NCBI GenBank assembly: GCA_910586625.1
Contig: CAJUIZ010000009.1
Span: 5,383-69,382 of the forward strand
Length of the DNA stretch: 64,000 nucleotides
DNA from: an uncultured Christensenellaceae bacterium
GTDB taxonomy: Bacteria > Bacillota > Clostridia > Christensenellales > CAG-314
Direction of reading: 5' to 3'
Shown here: piece by piece, positions 31,389-39,804 of the stretch
How positions within the stretch are numbered: position 1 is the stretch's first letter
Layout: the number at the start of each line of letters is the position of its first letter
Translations under genes and position numbers: made by a program
Notes under the pieces: generated by a model
Told to the model about the DNA's origin: nothing
Databases searched by the model: none
Seen by the model: only the letters and a program-made list of their open reading frames with translations

Positions 31389-33027
31389 GATTACATTAGA
31401 AAACGTTACTAAAAGATGGGGCGGATTTTACGGAGCTGACCATCTCAATATGGAAATAGAAGACAACGGATTCGTCACCTTGTTGGGACCTTCCGGCTGC
31501 GGAAAAACCACGACGCTAAGAATGATAGCGGGCTTGGAAACACCCACCGAAGGTAAAATAATGTTCGACGACGAAGTCATTTTCGATTCCAAGGAAGGAA
31601 TAAATATTCCGCCCAGTAAGCGCCGCGTGGGATTTTTGTTTCAAAACTACGCTTTGTGGCCGCATATGACAGTTTATCAAAATATTACTATGGGGTTGCA
31701 GGAGCTCAAAGGGAATTTTCCCGTTATAGATTCGGATTATATCCGTTATAACCGTCTTGCCGAAATAGTATTCAAAATTGCGGAAATTAAAAAATACTAC
31801 TCCTATTCGTTAGACAAGCACAAGAAGGTCGTCAAGGATAAGGTTCTTCTTTTCATTATCGACGGCTTTAAGATAAGTCTTAATTCCGCAAAAGAAGTAT
31901 TCGCATTAAATTATTACGGTCTTACCGACGAACAATGCTTGGCTGTCGCGGAAGCTAAAAAGCAGGAATATCTTGCCAAAGCCGAGCAAATCAAGGCAAA
32001 GCTCGCTCAAAAAGGAATAGATTTGAACGCCGAAGGTCAGCACGTCGTAAACGGCGAAGTGATTTACAAGGTAAGAAAGTTAGACAAGGAAGAAATAGAC
32101 CTGCGCGTAAGGCACTCCGCTCGTATAGTTCACATAGGCGAATTTATGGACAGATACCCCGCAGAACTTTCCGGCGGACAGCAGCAGAGAGTAGCTATTG
32201 CCAGAACGTTGGCGCCCGGACCCAAAATTATATTTATGGACGAACCGCTCTCCAATTTGGACGCCAAGCTCCGCTTGGAAATGCGTTCCGAGCTTAAACG
32301 TTTGCACGTCGAAACGGGGTCTACATTCGTTTACGTTACGCACGATCAGCAGGAAGCGATGACGCTTGCGTCTAAAATATGCCTTATAAATAACGGTGTT
32401 ATTCAGCAGTACGAAGCTCCGTTGGAAGTTTACGGCAGACCGACCAATCTGTTTGTCGCCGACTTTATCGGGTCGCCGAGCATTAACTTTATCGAAGTCA
32501 AGGCAAAGCAAAAGGGCGCGGATATTGCTATCGAGATGTTGGACGGAATCAAGGCGGTGTTCAAGCCTTCCGAGCCGCTTAATCTCGACGAAGAAGCAAA
32601 AAAGCGCGACGAGATTTTGGCGCAAAAAGCGCAGGAAAAAGAGCTTGCCGCCAAGCAAAAAGGCTACGTGGAAAAGGAAAATGCCGACAGACGGTTCAAT
32701 TACAGCTTTGCAAAGACAACCGGCGTAGTGTTCTCCGAAGACGAATACGAAGTTTCCGAAGATACGTACGTAATAGGTATCAGACCGGAATTTATCAAGA
32801 CGGTAGAAGGCAAGGGTATCCAAGCGGAAGTGTATTCCGCCCTGCCCACAGGCTCTGAAACGACCGTAAAACTCAAAATCGGCGATTACATTCTTACGAG
32901 CGTTATCTACGGCGGCGTAGATTACAAAATCGGCGACAAGATTAACGTTGAGTTCGCCACGTCGAATATTTTGCTGTTCGACAGAGTTTCCAGTAATTTG
33001 CTGTCAATCGGCTCTATTAAAATGTAA
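31381..33027 (+). CDS. ABC transporter ATP-binding protein, MalK/PotA-like, with large insertions (549 aa)
   Basis: Walker A (GPSGCGKTT), Q-loop (FQNYALWPHMTV), signature (LSGGQQQRVAIAR), Walker B (IFMDEPLSNLD) and H-loop (VTHDQ) are all present. GGGAGG lies upstream. The start overlaps the permease stop by 8 nt. Confidence 0.9.
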   Translation: MPKITLENVTKRWGGFYGADHLNMEIEDNGFVTLLGPSGCGKTTTLRMIAGLETPTEGKIMFDDEVIFDSKEGINIPPSKRRVGFLFQNYALWPHMTVYQNITMGLQELKGNFPVIDSDYIRYNRLAEIVFKIAEIKKYYSYSLDKHKKVVKDKVLLFIIDGFKISLNSAKEVFALNYYGLTDEQCLAVAEAKKQEYLAKAEQIKAKLAQKGIDLNAEGQHVVNGEVIYKVRKLDKEEIDLRVRHSARIVHIGEFMDRYPAELSGGQQQRVAIARTLAPGPKIIFMDEPLSNLDAKLRLEMRSELKRLHVETGSTFVYVTHDQQEAMTLASKICLINNGVIQQYEAPLEVYGRPTNLFVADFIGSPSINFIEVKAKQKGADIAIEMLDGIKAVFKPSEPLNLDEEAKKRDEILAQKAQEKELAAKQKGYVEKENADRRFNYSFAKTTGVVFSEDEYEVSEDTYVIGIRPEFIKTVEGKGIQAEVYSALPTGSETTVKLKIGDYILTSVIYGGVDYKIGDKINVEFATSNILLFDRVSSNLLSIGSIKM

Positions 33028-33062
33028 TTGTCAGCGTAGTAAACAAAATATATGCGTAAATC

Positions 33063-33117
33063 GGCTGTCGCAAGCGGATAGTTTTCCGTAATTCGGCAGC
33101 CTTTTTATTGCAGGGAG
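33063..33117 (+). terminator. Possible terminator after the ABC operon
   Basis: GGCTGTCG pairs with CGGCAGCC around an inner hairpin, followed by TTTTT. Confidence 0.4.
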
Positions 33118-33260
33118 AAACGTTCGCTCAATTGACCGATAGTTATGAATGTAACGTAAACGGGAGCGTTCCGCTGTTTTTGCGCAATATTGCAGTCGGG
33201 CGTTTCGCTTGACCTTGAGTATAAATGAGTGCTACAATTATACAAACAACAGGTGGAATT

Positions 33261-33479
33261 ATGGAACAGAAAAAAATTGACAGAATAAACGAGCTTGCTC
33301 GTAAATCCAAGACGGCGGAAGGTCTTACCGAACAGGAAAAGGCGGAGCAAAAAGTTTTGCGCCGAGAGTATTTGGAAGCGTGGCGGTTGGGCGTGCAGCA
33401 GACGTTGGACAATACCTACGTTGTGGACGGCAAAGGCAACGAGCGGAAGCTTCAACGCAAACCCGACTACAAAGAGTAA
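33261..33479 (+). CDS. UPF0291/DUF896-family small protein (YnzC-like)
   Basis: MEQKKIDRINELARKSKTAEGLTEQEKAEQKVLRREYLEAWR is the typical family pattern. Confidence 0.8.
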   Translation: MEQKKIDRINELARKSKTAEGLTEQEKAEQKVLRREYLEAWRLGVQQTLDNTYVVDGKGNERKLQRKPDYKE

Positions 33480-33490
33480 ACGGCGGTATT

Positions 33491-34261
33491 ATGATTTATC
33501 TTGCGGAATACAGGCTTAAACGGGTACAAGACGGCTACCCGTTTATACCGCTTATCGTCAATACCGAGCGATTTACTTTTAACGCAGGCATAACGGTATT
33601 TTGCGGAGATAACGGCAGCGGAAAGAGTACCTTTGCAAAGATTCTATCCGCCGCGTGCAATTGCGTCAGGGTATCCTACAAACAAATGCAGGATGACGAA
33701 TTTGTTGCGCGTACGGAGTGCTTTGCGGTATCCAAGCGGTTTTCGCCCAAACGCAGCTTTTATTTCTCGGCGGAAGAATTTATTCAATTCGTCCGCGACG
33801 TGGAAGATCGCAAGCGGGACGCGCTATGCGCAATTGCGGAAATAGACGCGTACAAAACGCTGTCCGACTACGCCAAGTCACTTGCCAAGCAGCCGCACGT
33901 CGATACTCTTGTAAGCTTCGAGAATTTTTACGGCAAAAGCCTTGCGGAAGTTTCGCACGGGCAGGGCTTTTTGAAGTTTTTCGATAAACGTCTAAAAGAA
34001 AACGGCCTGTACATAATCGACGAGCCGGAAGCGGCGTTGTCGTCGGAAAATCAGTTTCTGTTATCCGTAAGAATAAAGAACGCTGCGGAAAATATGAATT
34101 GCCAGTTTGTAGTGTTTACCCATTCGCCCGTTATAGCTTCCATTCCGCAAGCCGACGTATACGAGATACAAAACGACGCTTTTGTAAAAACCGACTGGGA
34201 CGGATTGTCCGACGTAAAATTTTTGCAGATGTTTTTTAAGAACAAGGACAGATTGTTTTAG
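33491..34261 (+). CDS. Stand-alone ABC/SMC-like AAA ATPase
   Basis: Walker A (GDNGSGKST), a signature-like SHGQG, Walker B (LYIIDEPEAALS) and an H-loop-like THSP are present. Confidence 0.75.
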   Translation: MIYLAEYRLKRVQDGYPFIPLIVNTERFTFNAGITVFCGDNGSGKSTFAKILSAACNCVRVSYKQMQDDEFVARTECFAVSKRFSPKRSFYFSAEEFIQFVRDVEDRKRDALCAIAEIDAYKTLSDYAKSLAKQPHVDTLVSFENFYGKSLAEVSHGQGFLKFFDKRLKENGLYIIDEPEAALSSENQFLLSVRIKNAAENMNCQFVVFTHSPVIASIPQADVYEIQNDAFVKTDWDGLSDVKFLQMFFKNKDRLF

Positions 34262-34284
34262 GAGTTTAACACGGGTATGAATTT

Positions 34285-34959
34285 TTGCGAAAACTGCAGC
34301 CTTTTGACGGAAAAACGCGTATGCCCCCCCAATGCGGAGCGTCCGTCCGCGCGCCGAAGGAATCCGACCTTGTGCTTTTTGCCGAGTTTGACGGTCGGTC
34401 TAACGGTATGTTTTCCGACGCGCTTTCTAACAACGAGATAGATTTTGTAAGCGTACCCATTTACGGCGGATACAGTCGGCTTAATAAACCCGCGGGCTAC
34501 AATCTTTACGTCAAATTTGCCGATTACGACGCCGCGTTTGAAATATATGACGTAATTTTCGTGAACAGCGAACAGCAGCCGAGCGCGGACGACGACCCGT
34601 CAAGTATAATAGACAGTCTGGTAAAGGTTGTCGTAGACCGTCCGTACGGAAGCGTTCATCCCGAGCATCCCGACATAAAGTACAATCTTAATTACGGCTG
34701 CGTACAGGGAGTTATCGGCGGCGACGGCGAAGAACAGGACGCATACATTGTGGGCGTAAACTATCCGCTTGAACGCGGGGCGGAATTTTGCGGATACGTA
34801 ATAGCGGTAATAATCCGCAAAAACGACGTCGAAACCAAGTGGGTAGTTGCGCCCGTTTACGGCGGTATATCCCCGCGCACGCCCAAGTACACCAAGGAAC
34901 AAATCGCCGCGGCAGTCAACTTTCAAGAAAAATTTTTTGATATTGAAGTAATAATGTAA
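34285..34959 (+). CDS. Inorganic-pyrophosphatase-like domain protein; the 5' end is apparently disrupted at a C7 tract
   Basis: The C-terminal half (VVDRPYGSVHPEHPDIKYNLNYG...DGEEQDAYIVG) resembles the pyrophosphatase fold family. An ATG at 34277 with a CxxC lies in another frame, upstream of the C tract (see findings). Confidence 0.55.
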   Translation: MRKLQPFDGKTRMPPQCGASVRAPKESDLVLFAEFDGRSNGMFSDALSNNEIDFVSVPIYGGYSRLNKPAGYNLYVKFADYDAAFEIYDVIFVNSEQQPSADDDPSSIIDSLVKVVVDRPYGSVHPEHPDIKYNLNYGCVQGVIGGDGEEQDAYIVGVNYPLERGAEFCGYVIAVIIRKNDVETKWVVAPVYGGISPRTPKYTKEQIAAAVNFQEKFFDIEVIM

Positions 34960-35118
34960 CAAAAAAACGACGTAAAATTCAAAATTACCTTGTCATCGCA
35001 GGGTAATTTTTTGTTGTATACATAAAAGCAACGGTTAATTCTCCGTTGCATTTTTGATTGCCGTATATGCAACAAAATTGCTAAGCCGCCGTGAAGCGTA
35101 GGTAATTATTGTTTAATA

Positions 35119-35562
35119 TTAGTCTTTCGTTCTGCCCAAAATGAAGTCCACTGAACAGTTAAAGCCCTTTGCGAGCATTATGATACAATCTACCGATGGA
35201 ACGCTTTTACCGTTTTTCCACTCGTAAAAACGAGATGCGGATATATTTGAATGAGTATAAAAATATCTCCACGAGCATTTGAATGTATTTTTCAGATTAG
35301 TTAACTGTTCGGGAAACGAAGGGCAGGGATAGTACGTATTAGATATATCATCGTCAATTAATCCCAATAGATAATCGCATGAACAATTAAAGTAGTCTGC
35401 TAATTTAATTAAAGTTTCCGCCGATGGCGCACGTTTTTCTTGTAAATATCTTGTTACTGTGGTTGAATCAACGCCTATGGCGTTAGCCAGATTAATTGAT
35501 TTGACGTCGTTTTCAAACATAAGAATATCTAATGTTTCCGCGAATTTCGATAAGCTATACAT
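35119..35562 (-). CDS. Tandem double-HTH XRE-family regulator
   Basis: It has two HTH_3-like halves, each ending in the typical pattern (LADYFNCSCDYLLGL and LAKGFNCSVDFILGR). It lies in a low-GC region. Confidence 0.75.
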   Translation of the reverse strand: MYSLSKFAETLDILMFENDVKSINLANAIGVDSTTVTRYLQEKRAPSAETLIKLADYFNCSCDYLLGLIDDDISNTYYPCPSFPEQLTNLKNTFKCSWRYFYTHSNISASRFYEWKNGKSVPSVDCIIMLAKGFNCSVDFILGRTKD

Positions 35563-35675
35563 AATAATTAATCACTCATTACAATTTTCTCCCGAATTGG
35601 CATTATTTACTTGTAAAATGCCAAGTCGATAGAGTCTAATATATAGACGATCAGCGCTGCGATTACCAAAGGAGA

Positions 35676-35918
35676 ATGAATATGAAAGACGAAAAGAATC
35701 ACATTTTAGTTACGGAATATAACAAACAGTCCGATTTGGAAGATTTACCCGATATAAATTGGAAAGTAGAACCTAACGAAATACTTTGCGATATTAAATT
35801 TTTGCTGCGAGAATATTATGTGGCAACATTCGGCGTTGATGAAAAGTCGTTGATACTTGGGTTTAACAACGGTCAAAAGTTCAAAATTACTGTCAGCGAA
35901 ATAAGGGAACGGATTTGA
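35676..35918 (+). CDS. Hypothetical small protein (80 aa), divergent from the XRE gene
   Basis: AAAGGAG lies upstream of the start. I recognise no family. Confidence 0.4.
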   Translation: MNMKDEKNHILVTEYNKQSDLEDLPDINWKVEPNEILCDIKFLLREYYVATFGVDEKSLILGFNNGQKFKITVSEIRERI

Positions 35919-36027
35919 CATAGTCGTATAAATGCGAAAAAACGGATTGAAAAAACATTGTAACGAACGCTGCCGTCAAGTCGTTTTATGTATTTGCTTT
36001 TTTTAATAAACAAAAGACATATATTAC

Positions 36028-36056
36028 TTGCCAAACTTATTGAAATTTGTTAAAAT
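36028..36056 (+). promoter_or_regulatory. Sigma-A-type promoter of the ileS leader
   Basis: TTGCCA (36028-36033), a 17-nt spacer, then TAAAAT (36051-36056). Confidence 0.6.
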
Positions 36057-36079
36057 GTAAATAATTTAATAGCAAATAC

Positions 36080-36323
36080 GTTACAGCAAGGACAAGACTG
36101 CGGAATACGGAAAGTAACAGAGAGCGTTCGTTGGGTGAAAAGGACGACTGACCGCCCGTAAGCCATCCCCTTGCAAGTAGACTTGGCGAAACATTGTCGA
36201 GTAGTCAAGTTCGGCGGCGGACCGTTATCTTGCCGCGCGGTATAATTTGCGCATATGTGCAAACGTACCAGTTTGAAATGGTTAACTCTTTTAAGGAGCG
36301 TTTTTTCAAACGCTCCTTTTTTG
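36080..36323 (+). promoter_or_regulatory. T-box riboswitch (Ile specifier) controlling ileS
   Basis: Stem I has AGAGAG and GGGTGAAA, with an AUC codon at 36165-36167 in the specifier-loop position. The F-box CCGTTA is present. In the antiterminator, GTTTGAAA (36271-78) pairs with TTTCAAAC (36304-11) around the 7-nt bulge TGGTTAA. The competing terminator is AAGGAGCGTTT/AAACGCTCCTT plus a T run (36293-36323). Confidence 0.8.
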
Positions 36324-36362
36324 TTTCCATCACAATATTAACCTTATTAAGGAGAAATTCTT

Positions 36363-39300
36363 ATGTCCAAATACAAAAAGGTAGACAGCTCGTTAAACTT
36401 CGTCGACAGAGAACTGGAAGTTCTAAAATTTTGGAAAGAAAATAAAATTTTCGAGCAGACAGCCGCAAAAGGAGACAAGTCCTTTACTTTCTACGACGGT
36501 CCGCCGACCGCCAACGGCAAGCCGCACATTGGGCACGTTTTAACGCGTTCCATCAAGGATTTAATTCCCCGTTACCAAGTAATGAAGGGACGTAAGGTTC
36601 TGCGCAAGGCGGGTTGGGATACTCACGGTCTTCCGGTGGAATTAGAAGTGGAAAAGCTCTTGGGCATCGACGGCAAAAAGCAGATAGAAGAATACGGTAT
36701 CGAGCCGTTTGTGGAAAAGTGCAAACAATCTGTTTGGAAGTATAAGGGCGAGTGGGAACAGCTGTCCGACCGCGTAGCTTACTGGGCGGATATGGAGCAT
36801 CCCTACGTCACCTACGACAACAATTATATCGAGTCGGAGTGGTGGGCGCTAAAAACCATCTACGACAAGGGGCTGTTGTACAAGGGCTTCAAAATCGTGC
36901 CCTACTGCCCGCGCTGCGGAACGGCGCTCTCTTCCCACGAAGTTGCGCAGGGCTACAAGGACGTAAAGGAAAAGTCCGCTGTTGCCAAGTTCCAACTTGT
37001 CGATTACCCCGATACCTACTTCCTTGCTTGGACGACAACTCCTTGGACGTTGCCTTCCAACGTGGCGCTTTGTATGAACGCCGACTACGACTACGCAACG
37101 GTTTTGTGCGACGGCGTAAAGTATATTCTTGCAAAGGACCTTGTAAGCAAACATTTCGAAGACGGTACTTATGAGATTTTGGACGTAAAGAAAGGCTCCG
37201 CGTACGAAGGCGTTCATTACACGCCGCTGTATACCTATGCGAACGTTCGGGACGACTGCTACTACGTTACCAACGACGGCTACGTAACGCTCACCGACGG
37301 CACGGGCATAGTGCATATTGCGCCCGCATTCGGCGAAGACGACGCAAACGTAGGCAGGCGGTACAATTTGCCGCTGGTGCAGCTTGTGGGCGAAGACGGC
37401 AAATTTGCAGACGGCTGCGGCGAGCTTACCGAATTGTTCTGCAAGTCGGCGGATAAACCCATACTTAAAGATTTGAAGGAGCGCGGACTGCTGTTCGCCG
37501 AGCTGATGTACGAGCACAGCTATCCGCATTGCTGGCGCTGCGACACGCCGCTTATTTACTACGCGCGTAAGTCGTGGTTCGTCAAGATGACGGCGGTGCG
37601 CGACGAATTGCTCAAAGCCAACGCTTCCGTCAACTGGATACCGCCTACAATCGGTTCTGGACGTATGGGCAACTTCCTTGAAAACGTAATCGACTGGGGA
37701 ATTTCCCGCGACAGATATTGGGGGACGCCTCTTCCCGTGTGGGTATGCAACAAATGCGGCAAGGTACACGTAATAGGCAGCAGAGCCGAGCTTGCCGAAA
37801 AATGCGGTTGCAGCAAGGATATAGAATTGCACCGTCCGTTTATTGACGAATGCAAGTGGGAATGCAGCTGCGGCGGAACGTACGAACGCACCCCCGAAGT
37901 TATAGACTGCTGGTTCGATTCCGGCTCTATGCCCTATGCTCAGTTCCACTATCCGTTTGAAAACGAAAAGCTGTTCAAGGAAAACTTCCCTGCGGACTTC
38001 ATTTCCGAAGCGGTAGATCAAACGCGCGGTTGGTTCTACGTATTGCTTGCGGTAAACACTTTGCTGTTCGGCAAAGCGCCGTTTAAGAACTGTATAGTAT
38101 TAGGGCTTGTAGGCGACGAACACGGCGTAAAGATGAGCAAGCACAAGGGCAACGTAGTGGACCCGTGGGACAGCTTCAACAAGCAGGGCGCGGACGCTGT
38201 GCGTTGGTACTTCTATACGGCTTCCGCTCCGTGGCTGCCCAGTCGTTTCTATTCCGAAGCCGTTTCGGAAATGCAGCGTAAGTTTTTGGGGACGCTGTGG
38301 AATACCTACGCGTTTTACGTGCTGTACGCGGATATCGACGATTTCGACCCGAGCAAGTACGACCTTAAAAAGTGCAAGCTTACTCTTATGGACAAGTGGA
38401 TACTGTCCGAAGTTAACCAGCTTGTTGAAACGGTGGACAAGGGCTTGTCCGCTTACGAAATAACAGATACCGCCCGCGCGATAGAAAGGTTTACGGATAT
38501 GCTGTCCAATTGGTACGTACGCCGCTGCCGCGAACGCTATTGGGGCGCGGACTGGACGGACGACAAGCAGGCGGCGTATATGACGCTGTATACCGTGCTG
38601 GATACGCTTGTCAAGGTAGCTGCCCCCTTCGTACCCTTTATTACGGAAAGCATTTACCAAAATATCACGGCAAATTGCTTCGATAAAGCTCCGCGTTCGG
38701 TGCATTTGTGCGCTTTCCCCAAGGCGGACAAGAAGTATATCGATTCGCGCCTTAACAAAATGATGGAAAAGGTATTGGACATAGTCGTTCTCGGGCGTTC
38801 GGCGCGCAACTCCGCCAACGTCAAGAACCGTCAGCCGCTTGCGCGTATGTACGTTGCAACCGGCGGAGAGTTGGACAGCGAAATGGCGGACATAGTCAAA
38901 AACGAGCTTAACGTCAAGGAGCTAATCAACGTCAAGTCCGCCGACGCATTTGCCGACTACGAAATAAAGCCGCAGCTCAAGACTTTGGGACCGAAGTACG
39001 GCAAGCTGATAGGAGCAATACGCGAACGCTTTGCCAATCTCGGCGAACGCGCGCGCGAAGTGGTGGAAAACGTCAAAAACGGCGGCAAGCACGTGTTCGA
39101 TTTCAACGGCGACAGGGTGGAAGTAAGCCAAGAAGATTTACTCATTTCTTCCAAAAATAAGCAGGGCTATTCCGTCGTGACCGACCGCGGCGATACCGTT
39201 GCGTTGGACGTAAACTTGGACGACAAACTGATAGAAGAAGGCTTGGTACGCGAAATCGTATCCAAAATACAAACTATGCGCAAGGAGTGCGGATTTGTCG

Positions 39301-39485
39301 TAACCGACCATATAATCGTGGGCTATCAAGCGGAAGGACTGCTTGCCAAGGTCTTTGCCGAATACGCAGGCGAAATTGCCCAAGGTACTCTTGCCGACCG
39401 AGTAGAGCAGGCTGACGGCGGCGCGTTTACCAAGGCGTGGGATGTTAACGGCGACCGATTCACCCTACACCTAACCAAAGCGTAA
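36363..39485 (+). CDS. ileS: Isoleucyl-tRNA synthetase, type 2 (eukaryote-like) architecture
   Basis: The protein is 1040 aa and contains FYDGPPTANGKPHIGH (the HIGH region) and KMSKHKGN (the KMSKS region). The C-terminal domain lacks the type-1 CxxC zinc finger. Confidence 0.95.
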   Translation: MSKYKKVDSSLNFVDRELEVLKFWKENKIFEQTAAKGDKSFTFYDGPPTANGKPHIGHVLTRSIKDLIPRYQVMKGRKVLRKAGWDTHGLPVELEVEKLLGIDGKKQIEEYGIEPFVEKCKQSVWKYKGEWEQLSDRVAYWADMEHPYVTYDNNYIESEWWALKTIYDKGLLYKGFKIVPYCPRCGTALSSHEVAQGYKDVKEKSAVAKFQLVDYPDTYFLAWTTTPWTLPSNVALCMNADYDYATVLCDGVKYILAKDLVSKHFEDGTYEILDVKKGSAYEGVHYTPLYTYANVRDDCYYVTNDGYVTLTDGTGIVHIAPAFGEDDANVGRRYNLPLVQLVGEDGKFADGCGELTELFCKSADKPILKDLKERGLLFAELMYEHSYPHCWRCDTPLIYYARKSWFVKMTAVRDELLKANASVNWIPPTIGSGRMGNFLENVIDWGISRDRYWGTPLPVWVCNKCGKVHVIGSRAELAEKCGCSKDIELHRPFIDECKWECSCGGTYERTPEVIDCWFDSGSMPYAQFHYPFENEKLFKENFPADFISEAVDQTRGWFYVLLAVNTLLFGKAPFKNCIVLGLVGDEHGVKMSKHKGNVVDPWDSFNKQGADAVRWYFYTASAPWLPSRFYSEAVSEMQRKFLGTLWNTYAFYVLYADIDDFDPSKYDLKKCKLTLMDKWILSEVNQLVETVDKGLSAYEITDTARAIERFTDMLSNWYVRRCRERYWGADWTDDKQAAYMTLYTVLDTLVKVAAPFVPFITESIYQNITANCFDKAPRSVHLCAFPKADKKYIDSRLNKMMEKVLDIVVLGRSARNSANVKNRQPLARMYVATGGELDSEMADIVKNELNVKELINVKSADAFADYEIKPQLKTLGPKYGKLIGAIRERFANLGERAREVVENVKNGGKHVFDFNGDRVEVSQEDLLISSKNKQGYSVVTDRGDTVALDVNLDDKLIEEGLVREIVSKIQTMRKECGFVVTDHIIVGYQAEGLLAKVFAEYAGEIAQGTLADRVEQADGGAFTKAWDVNGDRFTLHLTKA

Positions 39486-39549
39486 TTGTATGCTAAATGT
39501 AGACAGTCATCTAATTATTATATTAAATGTTATAAATCAATAAACGAAA

Positions 39550-39577
39550 AACACTGTCGTCTTGGCAGTGTTTTTTG
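39550..39577 (+). terminator. Intrinsic terminator after ileS
   Basis: ACACTGTCG pairs with GGCAGTGT, followed by TTTTT. Confidence 0.7.
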
Positions 39578-39598
39578 TCATCATAATTATGTTTAGTG

Positions 39599-39627
39599 TT
39601 GACTTTTTAACTATATTTTGTTAAAAT
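39599..39627 (+). promoter_or_regulatory. Sigma-A-type promoter upstream of the LRR gene leader
   Basis: TTGACT (39599-39604), a 17-nt spacer, then TAAAAT (39622-39627). Confidence 0.5.
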
Positions 39628-39804
39628 TAGTTCACCACATTAAATTTTCAACATAAGTACTCTTGTTGCATAATCTTTCGGTAGATTTATGCGTTCTATT
39701 CATATAGACAAGAGTCTTTGGAATTTAGTGTGGTAGCTATCGGAACGCATATTCTACGAGTGTCGTTTCGATAGAAGCGGCACTTTTTATTTAAGGAGTT
39801 TTTT

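Noticed and set aside
36050-36445. ORFs 36050-36262 (minus) and 36194-36445 (plus).
   Set aside because: They lie within the ileS T-box leader and terminator and overlap the ileS start. They have no RBS.
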